NCBI GenBank assembly: GCA_976551045.1
Contig: CDPCPM010000979.1
Location: 992,001 to 1,056,000 of the forward strand
DNA: 64,000 bases
Direction of reading: 5' to 3'
Origin: Glaucostegus cemiculus
Lineage: Eukaryota
Shown: positions 1 through 12,371 of the stretch, piece after piece
Position numbering within the stretch: the stretch's first letter is position 1
How the letters are laid out: every line of letters starts with the position of its first letter
Made by a program: the position numbers and the translations under genes
The notes under the pieces: generated by a model
Database searches by the model: none
What the model saw: the letters and a program-made list of their open reading frames with translations, nothing else
What the model was told of the DNA's origin: nothing

Positions 1-208
1 TGCCAACAATGGTGGTGTCATTGGCAAATTTATAGATGGTGTTTGAACCCTCCTATCCACAGTCATGAGTGTAGAGAGAGTAGAGCAGTGGGCTAAGCAC
101 GCATCCTTGAGGTGCACCTGTGTTGATTGTCAGTGAGGAGGAGATGTTACTACCGACCTGCAATGACTGTGGTCTCCCGATATAAACAAGTCAATGATCC
201 AGTTGCAG
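1..208 (-). mobile_element. Rex1/Babar LINE RT fragment, inverted relative to the adjacent 3' part
   Basis: The minus strand encodes CNWIIDL...[23 protein letters not shown]...TIYKFANDTTIVG, the Rex1 RT motifs. The fragment runs off the window start. Confidence 0.85.
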
Positions 209-815
209 GTTAAGGAGGTTCAGCTTGTCACTGAAGACTCCAACAAACCTCTACAGATGTGCTGCTGAAAGTATCCTGGCTGGTTGCATCATGGTCTGGG
301 ACAGCAATTCGAATGCTCAGGAACATAAGATGCTGCAGAGAGCAGTGGACTCAGCCCAGTACATCACAGGTACATCCCTCCCCACTATCGGGAGTATCTA
401 CATGAGGCACTGCCTCAAGAAGGCAACATCCACCATCAAAGATCCCCACCATCCGGGCCATGCCATCTTCTCACAGCTCCCATCGGGCAGGAGGTACAGA
501 AGCCTGAAGTCCCACACCACCAGGTTCAGGTACAACTACTTCCCTTCAACCATTCAGTTCTTGAACCAACTTGCACAACCCTAATCACTACAGTTTAGCA
601 AGACTATGACCACTTTGCATTAAAATGGACTTTGACTTTTTTTTGTTCTAATTGTCCTTTCTTGTAAAAAGTGTATATGATTTATGTGTAATCTATGCTT
701 GTCTTGTGAATGCTGCTTATATGATGCTATGTGCCTGTGATGCTGCTGCAAGTAAGTTTTTCAGTGTGCCTGTGCACACATGGACTTGTGCAGATGGCAA
801 TAAATTCAACATTGA
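209..815 (+). mobile_element. Rex1/Babar LINE 3' end (ORF C-terminus plus 3' UTR)
   Basis: ORF 225..584 has NLYRCAAESILAGCI...DPHHPGHAIFSQLPSGRRYRSLKSHTTRF, typical of the Rex1 C-terminus. The 3' UTR ends with AATAAA near 800. Confidence 0.88.
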
Positions 816-1048
816 CAATACACAATAATGCAACACATACCAAAGAAAGACAACCCTGTAAATGATGTTGGCACAACTGGTCAGGCAAGTAAGCAGCAGC
901 ATAGTGTGTGCCTTTGTCATGACAACAAGCAGCAGAGCACAGAACCATGAGGTGCTTCTTTTAGAGATGTCTTTTTGAACTGATCAAAATGGGAAGACAG
1001 GCCAAGGTGAGTATCAGTTCCACTCCAAGAAGCTTAACGACCACTTAC

Positions 1049-1144
1049 TTTTTGCTTTGCACAGCATGCTTTTGTGGTTGATTTCAGAGACAGGCAATAC
1101 CCTCAAATCAATCATTGATTTAAAAATATCCCTCAATTCCTCAT
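1049..1144 (-). CDS. Candidate isolated 96-nt internal exon of an unidentified gene
   Basis: Minus strand: pyrimidine tract and AG (ctttatctttttacaattag), 96 nt open in one frame (EELRDIFKSMIDLRVLPVSEINHKSMLCKAK), then a GTAAGT donor. No recognisable homology. Confidence 0.25.
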
Positions 1145-2766
1145 CTAATTGTAAAAAGATAAAGAGCAAGATGGGCACATCTTGGTCTGGGAACCCACCC
1201 TTTTCTGGCCTATGTCTATACTTTACCAATGTTCTTTAAATAATTTACACTATAGAAGGCTGTGCTGACATTTCTAACAAAGTTGGTCTGCACAAATATA
1301 TAGTAAACCCGTACATGTGGAATTGAGTAAAACAGAACTGGTTCTTTCACAAGTCAGCAATAGCCAACAGGTCCCAATAACTTAGCAACTTTTATTGATT
1401 GCAAAACTATGCAATTTCACTTGCAGTAAAACCATTTCTCACATTGCTGAATATTTGATTTCAGATGGTTGATCTTGGTTAAAAAAATTGTGAACTGGGC
1501 TTGCATAGAAAATACCCTCCTTTTGAAAAATGCATTCTGGAATATGACAGAGACCAAAATACCAGAAATGTCTCTGGTTCCATTCCTGATTGATGTGGCT
1601 TGCTGGTCACAGATGGACGGGGAAAGGGTGGTCACCCCTACTGCTGCCTCACAGGTTTGAAATAGAAAAGGGAAGAAGCAATCTACATTTCCATGAACAG
1701 CCACTGTCCAGAGACACCCAGTTGGAATTGCTATTACAACAGGCTTTACTCTCATTCCTCCCCACCTCCTTCACTCCTTCCTTTGCATGTGAACAGTCGG
1801 CAGATGTTCCTCACAAGCAGCTCAAAGGGAGCTAATGGAAAGCTGCCAGTGGACAAGGCTCAGTGGACCAGCGTGAATCACCACCTTCTGAAGGGAAGGA
1901 AAGGAAGAAGATATTATTCTGATAAAGTCCAGTGATTTAACAAAGTAAAATCTAAATGAATGAATCCTCTTTCTGTTTGCCTTCTTGGATCTGAGAGTTA
2001 AATGTATTAAGCTCCTGATTTTAAAAGTTATTTATCCTTCCAGTAATAGAATTATGTTCACTGCTGTCCTCATGCAAACAACTGGTATCTTTGTACTACT
2101 TTAGCAGATGCACTGATGACACTGATCATGGTTTCTTCCTTTAACAGTGTGACTTTAAAGGGAGAGGTTCACTCAGTGGAACTGGGCCACTGTGCTTTTG
2201 CAGTTGCTTTAATCCTACAGTTAGGTGAACCCAGGAATATTTGATTTCAGATCATTGATTTTGGTAAAAAAGGTAGCTACACTGTGGACAGATGCCAAAC
2301 AAAGATTGCAGAGATTCCTTCATCTACGATTATAACACAGAGTTAACAACCTAGAAGTTATGAGACAGGAGCAGCCAGTCTACACTGTATTGCACAGTGC
2401 GCCAACACTGTTTGGACATGGGGCCACTGTTGCAAATGTTAATAGTGCCAGAAGGCTCCAGTGCTCCAGAATCAACACACAAAGGAGAATATCTCATCTG
2501 GGCTCAAGACAGGGTCAAGGTGGTTGGGGTTGGGAAGTAATCAGAACTTGAAGGGAGTAGGGATTGAATGAGTTATCAAAGAATTAGTGATGTTGTGGAC
2601 GGGGGAAGGTAGGAAGTCAATATTATGACATCAGGAACATGAGATGGTCAGGTGAACAGTGTCATCATAGAGTGAGGAATTGGAAGGGGCAGTCAGGATC
2701 TGCCTTAGTTGGGTGAATAAGATCTGGACTGACTGGTGTGACATCTGGAAGTGAAGCACCATGGAA

Positions 2767-3717
2767 TCTAGATGATAATGTGGTAAATTGGATCAGCAAG
2801 TTTGCTGGTGACACTAAGATTGGAGGCATTGTGGACAGCGAGGAAAGCTTTCAAAGCTTGCAGAGGGATCTGGACCAACTGGAAAAATGGGCCAGAAGAT
2901 GGCAGATGGAATTTAATGCAGACAAGTGTGAGGTGTTGCATTTTGGAAGGACAAATCAAGGCAGGACATACACAGTAAATGGTAGGGCACTGAGGAGTGC
3001 GGAGGAACAAAGGGATCTGGGAGTTCAGATACATAATTCCCTGAAGGTGGCATCACAGGTAGACAGGGTTGTAAAAAAGACTCTTGGCATCCTGGCATTC
3101 ATAAATCAAAGTATTGAGTATAGGAGTTGGGTTGTTATGGTGAAGTTGTATAAGACACTGGTGAGGCCAAATTTGGAATATTGTGTGCAGTTCTGGCCAC
3201 CTAACTATCAGAAGGATATCAGTAAGATTGAAAGAGTGCAGAGAAGATTTACTAGAATGTTGCCGGGTCTTCAGGAGTTGAGTTGCAGGGAAAGATTGAA
3301 CAGGTTAGGACTTTATTCCTTGCAGTGTAGAAGAATGAGGGGAGATTTGATTGAGGTTTACAAAATTATAAGGGTGTATATATCAGAGAAAATGCGAGTA
3401 GGCTCTTTCCACCTAGATTAGGAGAGATAAGTACAAGAGAACATGGATCTAGGGTGAAAGGGGAAAGATTTAGGGGGAACATTAGGGGGAACTTCTTCAC
3501 TCAGAGAGTGGTGGGAGTGTGGAATGGGCTGCCATCTGATGTAGTAAATGCAGGCTCACTCTTAAGTTTTAAGAATAAATTGGATAGATACATGGATGGG
3601 AGAGGTCTGGAGGGTTATGGACTGGGTGCAAGTCAATAGGACTAGCGGAATAAAGTTTCGGCACAGACTAAAAGGGCCACATGGCCTATTTTCTGTGCTG
3701 TAGTGTCCTATGGTTCT
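2767..3717 (+). mobile_element. CR1 LINE, 5'-truncated, with 6-bp TSD
   Basis: ORFs 2738..3421 and 3454..3639 carry ISKFAGDTKIGG, WQMEFNADKCEVLHFG, LVRPNLEYCVQFW and FFTQRVVGVWN. The 3' tail is ctatggttctatg. ATGGAA is duplicated at 2761-2766 and 3718-3723. Confidence 0.93.
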
Positions 3718-4319
3718 ATGGAAAGGAGTGGTGCCCTAAGGATGGATGTAAACACAGGATGTAACCTTGGTGGGACCCTAATCTGGCACTGCACTCTGAA
3801 AACGTGACCATCTGTGATCACTCCGGGGCAACATGGTCTAAGTGCCCTGGTAGCACACCAAAAGAGGAAGGTGTCACTTGTTAAGCACCTCATGCTTGCA
3901 ACTGCCCAGTCATATTTCAGTGGAACTGACTAGAAACAGAAGTTATGACATTTCATCCCTTCTGAAGAGGATTTTCAATCACAAAGTGCTGAAACAAACA
4001 CAATATTTCAAGGTCAACCTGTTTATTTTGAGCAGTTGATACCTCCATTAAAATACCTACAGAGGGACATCATCCATCCAATGAAATATCCAAAACTGCA
4101 AACTCCTAGTGACAGTTCCATCCAATTCTCATTCTTTGTAGTTCTGCAGTAGTGTTTTGTTGTAGTTCTTTGTAGTCTTTGCTCTTTTGATAGAATTAAT
4201 GAATATCTATCAGAATACATCCTGCATGTCCTTATTAATTTATGAATCATAATCCTATGTTCACAAAATATTAAACAAATAAAGATATCCATCTCACTGA
4301 GGTCATTACATGCCCTGAG

Positions 4320-5525
4320 CAGGACTTGGCAGAAATTTTGAACAAATGTTTTGCATCTGTCTTTGAGGAAGTAGATATTAAAAGCATCCCAAAATACTGG
4401 AATATCTAGGGATGAAAATAAGGGAGAAATTTAGAACAATCTCCAAAACTAGGGAAATGGGAAAAGGCAAACCAATGGGGACAAATGTTCTGGTCCCAAA
4501 AACTTGCAGCCTAGGGTCTTAATAGAAGTGGCTTCAAATATAGTGGACACTATTTGATATCTTGCAAAGTTTCCAAGATTCTGGGAAGGTCCCAGTGGAT
4601 TGGAAGAATGCAAATGAAATGGCCCTATTCAAAGAAAGAGGGAGATAGAAAGTAGGAAACTGTAGGCTAGTTGGCCTGACTTCTGTTCTTGGGAAAATTG
4701 CTGGAATACATTAAGGAAACAGTAGGAGGGTGTTTAGAAAACTGTAATACAAACAAGCAGAGTCAACAGAGATTTATGAAAGGGAAATCATGATGAACGA
4801 ATGTTTTAGAATTCTTTGGGGATGTAATGGAAAAGGTGGATAAAAGGGAACCAGTAGATGTAATCTACATAGATTTCCAGAAGGCATCCAATAAGGCATT
4901 ACATAAAAGGTTACTGCACAATGGAAAGGTTAATGGAATTGGGGAGAATACTTGGCTAAGTAACAGAATACAGTTGGGACAGATGGATCAGTGTTGGGAT
5001 GGCCAGTTGTAACTGGAAAGGTGCTGCTGGGATCATTGCTGGCCTTAACTATTTACCATCAATAATAATGACTCAGATGAAATGATCAAGTTGGACTGTA
5101 GCCAAATTTGCTGATAATGGGAAAACGAGTTGTAAAAAGGACCCAGAGCCAGCAAAGGAGAAGGAGTAGGTTAAACATGAAGGCACAAATTTATTAGATG
5201 GAGAATAATGTGAGGAAATATAGGGGATATTTACTTTGATAGAAAGCAGAAAGAAAGCAGAGTATTTTTTAATTGGTGAGAGACTAAAGGATGCTAGTGG
5301 ACTCTAGAAACCTGGGTATCCTTGTACGTGAAACATGGAGTGTTAACATAAAGCTGCAGTGAGTAATTAAGAAGGCAAATGTAACATTGGTTCTTTGTGG
5401 GTAAGAAATGGAGACTAAAAGTGAAGTGTCACCACAACTGTGCAGGGGCGGCAGTGAGATCTAAAGTGGAGGACTGTGAACAGGTTTAGTCCCCTTAAAG
5501 AGAAATGTCCTTGCATTGGCAACAG
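4320..5525 (+). mobile_element. Old degenerate CR1 LINE ORF2 (RT region)
   Basis: Frame-broken CR1 motifs: LNKCFASVF, VPVDWKNANE, VDVIYIDFQKA (ORF 4827..5012), KFADN. It ends abruptly at the opposite-strand CR1. Confidence 0.75.
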
Positions 5526-5527
5526 TT

Positions 5528-6086
5528 CTGGGTGAAAAGCCTCCCTCTGATATCCCCCTTGAACTTCCCACCCAATAATTTAAAGCCAAGCCCTCTTGTA
5601 TTGAGCATTGGCGCCCTGGGAAAGAGGCGCTGGCTGTCCACTCTGTCTATTCCTCTTAATATTTTGTATACCTCTATCATATCTCCCCTCATCCTCCTTC
5701 TCTCCAAAGAGTAAAGCCTAAGCTTTCTTAGTCTCTCCTCATAATCCATACACTCCAAACCAGGCAGCATCCTGGTAAATCTCCTCTGCACCCTCTCCAA
5801 CACTTCCACATCCTTCCTATCATGAGGCGACCAGAACTGGACACAGTACTCTAAGTGCGGTCTAACCAGAGTTTTGTAAAGCTGCATCATCACTTCATGG
5901 CTCTTAAACTCGATCCCACAACTTATGAAAGCTAACATCCCATAAGCTTTCTTAACTACCCTATCCACCTGCGAGGCAACTTTCAGTGATCTGTGGATAT
6001 GAACCCCCAGATCCTTCTGCTCCTCTACACTGCCCAGAATCCTGTCATTAACCTTGTACTCTGCCTTGGAGTTTGTCCTTCCAAGG
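5528..6086 (-). mobile_element. CR1 LINE fragment lacking both 5' and 3' ends
   Basis: ORF 5495..5968: YKTLVRPHLEYCVQFWSPH...ERRRMRGDMIEVYKI...RLFTQ. Homology stops at the FTQ motif, with no 3' UTR. Confidence 0.9.
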
Positions 6087-6239
6087 TTTGTTCTTCCAGA
6101 GCATCACACAAAATGCTGGAGGAACTCAGTGGCTCAGGCAGCATCTGGGGAGGGAAATGGTGGCTCAGTTGCAGATCAGAGGCTGGTTAATCCTTGGCAT
6201 GTGATTTACTCTGGACATACCAAAGCCTTCCGCCACCTC

Positions 6240-6470
6240 CATGGCACAAATCAGAAGTGTAATGGGATATTCTCCAGTTGCCTGGATGAGGGCAAATGGC
6301 AGCAACACTCAAAAAACTCAGTACCATCCAAGACAAAATATTGCACTTGATTGGTACCCATCCAGCTACCTAAACATTTACTTCTTCTGTCACGGACACT
6401 CTGTGGCTATGGGTGAACTACCTGGAAAATACACTGTGGTTACTTGCTGAAGCCAGTCCAACTGGACCTC
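6240..6470 (+). mobile_element. Degenerate CR1-group/L2-like LINE C-terminal fragment
   Basis: AQIRSVMGYSPVAWM followed, after a frameshift, by TLKKLSTIQDK. This resembles the thumb region of CR1-group RTs. Confidence 0.5.
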
Positions 6471-6486
6471 CTGAACTCTGACAGCA

Positions 6487-7978
6487 TTGGTATTGGTATT
6501 GGCTTATTATTGTCACTTGTACCGAGGTACAGTGAAAAACTTGTCTTGCACACTGTTCATACAGATCAATTCATTGCACAGTGTGTTCAGGTAATACAGG
6601 GTAAAATCAATAACAGAATACAGAGTAAAGTGTCACAGCTACAAAGGAAGTGCAGTGCAGGAAGACAGTAAGGTACAAGGTCATAACAAGGTAGATTGTG
6701 AGGTCAAGAGCCTACCTCATCACATAAGGGAACCGTTCAATAGTCTTATCACTGTGGGATAGAAGCTGTTCTTGAGCCTGGTGGTATGTGCCCTCAAGCT
6801 CCTGTATCTTCTGACTGATGGGAGAGGGGAGAAGAGAGAATGACCCAGGTGGGTGGGGTCTTTGACTATGTTGACTGCTTCATCAAGGCAGCGAGAGGTA
6901 AAGATATAGAGGGGAGGCTGGTTTCTGTGAAGTGCAGAGCTGTGTCCACAACTCTCTGCAGTTTGTTGCGGTCCCAGGCAGAGTAGTTGCCATTCTAAGC
7001 CATGTTGCATCCAGACAGGAAGCTTTCAATGGTACATCGATAAAAGTTGGTGAGTGTCAAAAGGGACATGTCAAATTTCTTTAGCCTCCTAAGGAAGTAG
7101 AGGCGCTGGTGAGCTTTCTTGGCCTTGGTGTTTACGTGGTTGGACCAGGACACGCTATTGGTGATGTTCACTCCAAGAAACTGGAAACTCTCAACCCTCT
7201 CAACCTCAGCATCATTAATGTAGATAGGTGTAGGTACACCGCCCCCTTTTCTAAAGGCAATGACCAACTCTTTTGTTTTGCTGACATTGAGGGAAAGGTT
7301 GTTTTCATGACACCATGTCACCAAGCTCCCTATATCCTTTCTGTACTCTGACTCATCGTTATTTGAGACACGGACCACTACAGTGGTATCATCTGCAAAC
7401 TTGTAGATGGAGTTAGAGCAGAATCTGGCCATGCAGTCATGAGTGTATAGGGAGTAGAGTAGAGGGCTGAGGACGCAGTCTTGTGGGGCACCAGTGTTGA
7501 GAATAATCGTGCTGGAGGTGTTGCTGCCTATCCTCACTGATTGCAGTCTGTTGGTCAGAAAGTCAAAGATACAGTTGAAAAGGGAGCTGTTGAGTCCCAG
7601 GACCCAGATGAGTTTGCTTGGAATTATAGTATTGAAGGCGGAGCTGTAGTCAATAAACGATAGTCTAATGTAGGTGTCTTTACTGTCCAGATGCTCTAGA
7701 GATGAGTGTAGAGCCAGGGAGGTGGTGGCCTGTTTAGCAGTAGGTGAATTGCAATGGGTCGAGGTTATCTGGGAGGCTGGAGTTGATGCCATGACCAGCC
7801 TCTCGATGCCCTTCATGATGGTGGTTGTCAGAGTCACTGGTTGGCAGTTATTAAAACATGTTACCTTGTTTTTCTTAGGTACTGGAATGATAGTGGTATT
7901 CTTGAAACAGGTGGGAACCTGAGATTGAAGCAGGAGAGGTTAAATATGTCTGGTAATACCCCAGCCAGCTGATCAGCA
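6487..7978 (-). mobile_element. Rex1/Babar LINE, 5'-truncated (~1.5 kb)
   Basis: ORFs 6995..7837 and 6720..7010: [53 protein letters not shown]. The 3' end has a (ATACCA)n tail near 6487-6500. Confidence 0.93.
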
Positions 7979-8944
7979 ACACACACCTTCATGTACCAAA
8001 CTCTCATCTTCCTGACTGTGGTCCTCTGACTCACCCAGCAGGTGTTCCTACCACAGTCCAACCCTCATTGATGCCCCAACCCTACTCACATCCCTGGACT
8101 ACTCATGTGTTGAACTTCCTCCCAAAAGCAGCATTCTCGCCACCATAATTCTCCAGAATATACTGTTTCCAAATTGAAAGAATTCCAAGTTTAATATATT
8201 TAGTTTGGGGGTGGGGTTCACAATCATTTGATCTGAAGTTGTCTTAAGTTAAAGATGGATGTTCCCAGATGTTAGGTCCAGGCCGCAGAGACCAAAGTGA
8301 AGTGACAGCAACTTTGGAATATTTCACACATTAAGGAACTGTAAACTTCTGCATCTTTTTATGTGTTCTCTGGATGAACAATTAATCCTAATACCCATCG
8401 TTGAGTAATGTCCACAGGTTCTAATTTATTTATTGATGTTTTTACCACATTATTGGTGAAACAGTGACATTTTAAGGCTGTGCTGAGCTGAGTCTGTGTG
8501 CAGTAGTTTGGACCCCCATCTTCGAGTTGTTGCTGACTGTGGGTAAAATGCAGCCAAGCTGGTCCTGAGCCAGTGGAATATTCGTTTCTGTGCAAATAAT
8601 GGAGCCATGTGTCCTCCAGCTGCAGTTCGTCTCTTAGCCAAAAAGGATGATTTTTTTTGTTATCATTCTTTAACCTGAAAGCAGATTTCTTTTATGGTCT
8701 AGAGTTTTTATTAAAATTCAAAACATCTGGAAATTATCACATTTTAAGAAGTATTTTTTTCTGTAACAGATTTACTGAAGAGCATTTGTACTGTCTAAAA
8801 ACTAAGGATGAATGAAACTAAAGTTGCAATCCGTCATTTTATTCACTTTTTTAAAACACCTCAGGGATCTTGTTTAAGAGTTAACAAGCAGAAGTTAAGG
8901 CCAACCATTCCAGCGCCTGGTTTATTGAAAGACTTTATACCTGC

Positions 8945-9880
8945 ATAGAATCATAGAATCGTAATAAAAAATTGCAACACAGAGAAAGCCATTCAGCCCA
9001 CCCCATCTGTGCTGGTGGAGAATGTGCCACCCCACCTAATCCTACGTCCCAGCATTGGCCTATGGGTCACAGCGCTTCAAGCACACCTCCAACTACTCGT
9101 TACACGTGTTGTTAGCTTTTCAGTCTCCCATGCTTTCAGGCGACAAGTTCCAGACCCTACCTGGGACCTTGTCAAATGCCTTTTCTAAAATCCATGTAGA
9201 CTACATCAAACCCACTACCCTCAGTGATCCTCTTAGTTACTTCCTCAGCAAATTCAATGAATTAGTTAGACATGACATTCTGTTAACAGATCCATGCAGC
9301 CTGTCCCTGATGAGCCTGCTGAGTTCCTCCAGCATCACTGTGTTTTCCATCGAGATTCCAGCACCAGCAATCCTCTGTTTCCCTGATGAATCTGTGCCGT
9401 TCTAAATGAAGGTTTATACTGTCCTTTAGAACTGATTCACTGAAGTTAAACTTCTGGCCACTAATTGATTACTTTATCCCTTCTTAGCCAGTGCAATACA
9501 AGCAGTCATACTCTCCTCTGGTACCTATCGTGTAACCAAGGGGTTTTGAATAAATGAAGTTAGAGAGTACAATTTTTTCCTTGCAGCGTTTAACAGCTAT
9601 GGATATTATTCCACCCATGCCTGGCATACTATCCATTTTCAAAGGGGATAAAAACCTTTAATACTTACTATTTTGCTATGATTATTCCATTCAACATTTT
9701 TCACATGCTCTTCTTAGCTCCAACATCAGCATCATCCTCTTTTGTGAAGAAAGTTGCAAAATATTCCTCGAAAATCTTACTCACATCTTCCGTGTTGATT
9801 ACTTGCTCTCTAACAGATCTTACTCATTCCTTGTTATATAAAAATCTTTGATTTGATTCATCAATATTCTTTTCTATCAA
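8945..9880 (-). mobile_element. Fragmented old CR1 LINE
   Basis: The CR1 terminal repeat (catagaat)2, i.e. ATTCTATG on the minus strand, lies near 8945. The minus strand encodes VYMDFRKGI.KVP (RT motif) near 9165-9205. A Penelope-type short repeat interrupts it at ~9310-9385. Confidence 0.6.
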
Positions 9881-10009
9881 CCCTAATTTACCTTTTAATT
9901 TGACACTTTTCATATTCTTTTAAACACCCAGTATCTGACCTAAGGTTTTTTGCCCATGTTATCTTCCATGAATCTTTTCCACCAGGAAGTACTAGACTTG
10001 AGAGAGTAA

Positions 10010-10410
10010 TAAAGTAATACAGCAGGGAGACAGGCCCTTCAGCCCAACTCATCCATGCTGACCAAAGCGCCCACATAAACTGGTCCCATTTGTCTGCATT
10101 TGGCCCATATCTCTCTAAATCTTTCCTATCCACGTACTTATCCAAATATCTTTTAAATGTTATTATTTCACCTGCCTCAACTAGAACATAGAACAATACA
10201 ATACAGCACAGAACAGGCCCTTCGGCCCATCAAGCTGTGCCATCCTACAAACATCTCCCAAACTAACTCTTTCCACCCTCATATCCTACTATTCCACATT
10301 CTTCCATGTGCTTATCTAACAATCTCTTAAACCTGTCCAACATATCTGCCTCCACTACCACCCCAGGCAGTGCATTCCATGCACCAACCACTCTCTGGGT
10401 GAAAAACTAC
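10010..10410 (-). mobile_element. Two adjacent CR1 3'-end fragments (~10010-10180 and ~10183-10410)
   Basis: Each has the CR1 3' UTR motif (ggg.gaagggcctgt..c.gtgctgta) and a terminal ORF segment (FKRYLDKYVDRK; FFTQRVVGAWNALP). Confidence 0.8.
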
Positions 10411-11359
10411 TTTCACACTTAGTTCCACCCTTTTTCTTTGTGGAAATATATTTTTCCAGAACCTCCTAGGTCTCTTCCTTAAATGCCTCGCATTGCTCTG
10501 AGAGTGATTTCTATTGGAGTCGGTGTCTTTGTCACTTTTTGCTAAATTGCTTCTCAATTTTTCTGCCCTCCAGTGGATTGCCCTGCTTTGCCCACCCAAA
10601 TGATGATTCTTCACGTGCAAGGAGAGAGAGAGTTATGAAAAATAACCAGGGTGTAAGCCAAGGGATTATCTCATTAAATGATGGAGTAATCAAAACTGAA
10701 CCCAAGTCTTCCTTTATCTTCCGCGTGTCCACTTTCTAAAGAGTGACCATCAGAAGTGGAACTTGATAGATTTTCTTTTTCCCCATTTGTAAGTGCTGAG
10801 GTCAGTTGTAGTGTTGTTGTTGTCACACCCCCTCCCCTCACCCTTCACTGAGACCCAAAGAGCTCAGCACAGTACATAGATCATATTTTATATCTGAATG
10901 GATTTTGGGATCAAAACAATCAAGTATCCACGGCAACCTCAGAGGTACATGCAGCTTCTTCTCAGCTTATGCACAAGCAGCTCATTTTTGAAAAAAAATT
11001 AACTTTATTAATGTTAATTTGAACAATATTTATATTATAATTGTTCTATATTTAGGTCACTCTCACAAAGTGATGCCTGATCTGTCCAGCATTTACATCA
11101 TTTTGTTTTGCTACATTATACTCATGACTCATTGGAAGGAATTGACTCACTTCAACACTTGACGTCTAGTAGCCTTGAAAGTCATTGGAACCCTCCCTTT
11201 TCATCCTGGACATTCTAACCATACCTTGTGGGAAAGGATTTTGGCTCCAGGTTTCCTGTAAGGATTGAGTATAAATATTGAACATTTGTTGACTGGGAAG
11301 AGATTCTATTAGTTCATTTTCAAAATGTCACATTTATGAAATAACATGTTGACTGGACC

Positions 11360-11502
11360 CCAGGAGTGACAGCAAGAAGTGCACTATTTATTTATTTTTG
11401 TAACTTATAGTAATTTGTATGTCTTGCACTGTACTGCTGCTGCAAAACAACAAATTTTGTGAAATATTTCCATGATAATAAACCTCATTCTGGTTCTGAT
11501 TA
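11360..11502 (+). mobile_element. Rex1-type 3' UTR tail fragment
   Basis: gcactgtactgctgctgcaaaacaacaaatt...gataataaacctcattctggttctgatt: AATAAA followed by a degenerate (TTCTGA)n tail. Confidence 0.55.
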
Positions 11503-12054
11503 TCTTTGTTTATTATTGAAATCAACCACAAATATCAACAAACCAAATAACATGGTTTCCACAAAACTTGACTTGGAGCTAAACCTTTCTTGAAGTCTTT
11601 TCACCAGCTCCAAACAAAAAAATCTCTGAATAAGATATGATTCGCCACAAACCCATACGTTATTAAGAAATAACTTTAACCAAAATTGGCTTCAAAGAGA
11701 TATATAAAAGTTTACATGTATTTATTTTGCCCTAATTTTGTCCCTACCTTCATGCAGCGAACACGGGTGTCATACACACCGTGTTTTAAGGTTTTTCTCT
11801 TCTGCACACTCAGAGAGAATTACACAAAAGCAGCCTTGGCAATTTTTAATCTTTTTCATATTAGGTTGTGAATAAAAATGTGGATGGAAGATTCTGGAAA
11901 GAGAAAATTTAAAAAGTTAGCGAGAAAGGGCAAGATAGTGAAAGAGACTGTAATGGAAATCATTTAAGAGTACATATCCAGTTAGAATTAAAGCAGGAAA
12001 ACATGGTAGAGACCTCACCTGCATGCATGCAGCATTTGTATAAGTAGGTGAATT

Positions 12055-12371
12055 ATAAGATAAGATAAGATAATTATTTATTAGTCACATCTACATTGAA
12101 ACATACAGTGAAATACATCTTTTGTGTTACTGAGAATGTGCTGGGGGCAGCCCGCAAGTGACCGCCACACACACTTCCAGCACCAACATAGTATGTCCAC
12201 AACTTCCTAACGTGTACGTCTTTGGAATGTGGGAGGAAACCGGAGCACCCGGAGGAAACCCACGCAGACACGGGGAGAATGTACAAACTCCTGACAGATA
12301 GAAGTGGGAATTGAACCCAGGTCGCTGGTGCTGTAACAGCGTTACGCTAACCACTACGCTACCATGCCACC
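12055..12371 (-). mobile_element. tRNA-derived V-SINE with Rex1-like tail
   Basis: A box TAGCGTAGTGG, B box GGTTCAATTCC, V domain GCGTGGGTTTCCTCCGGGTGCTCCGGTTTCCTCCCACA, then AATAAA and an (ATCTT)n tail. Confidence 0.9.

Noticed and set aside
12300-12371. tRNA gene
   Set aside because: The A and B boxes belong to a SINE head that continues into a V domain and tail, and no complete cloverleaf is evident.
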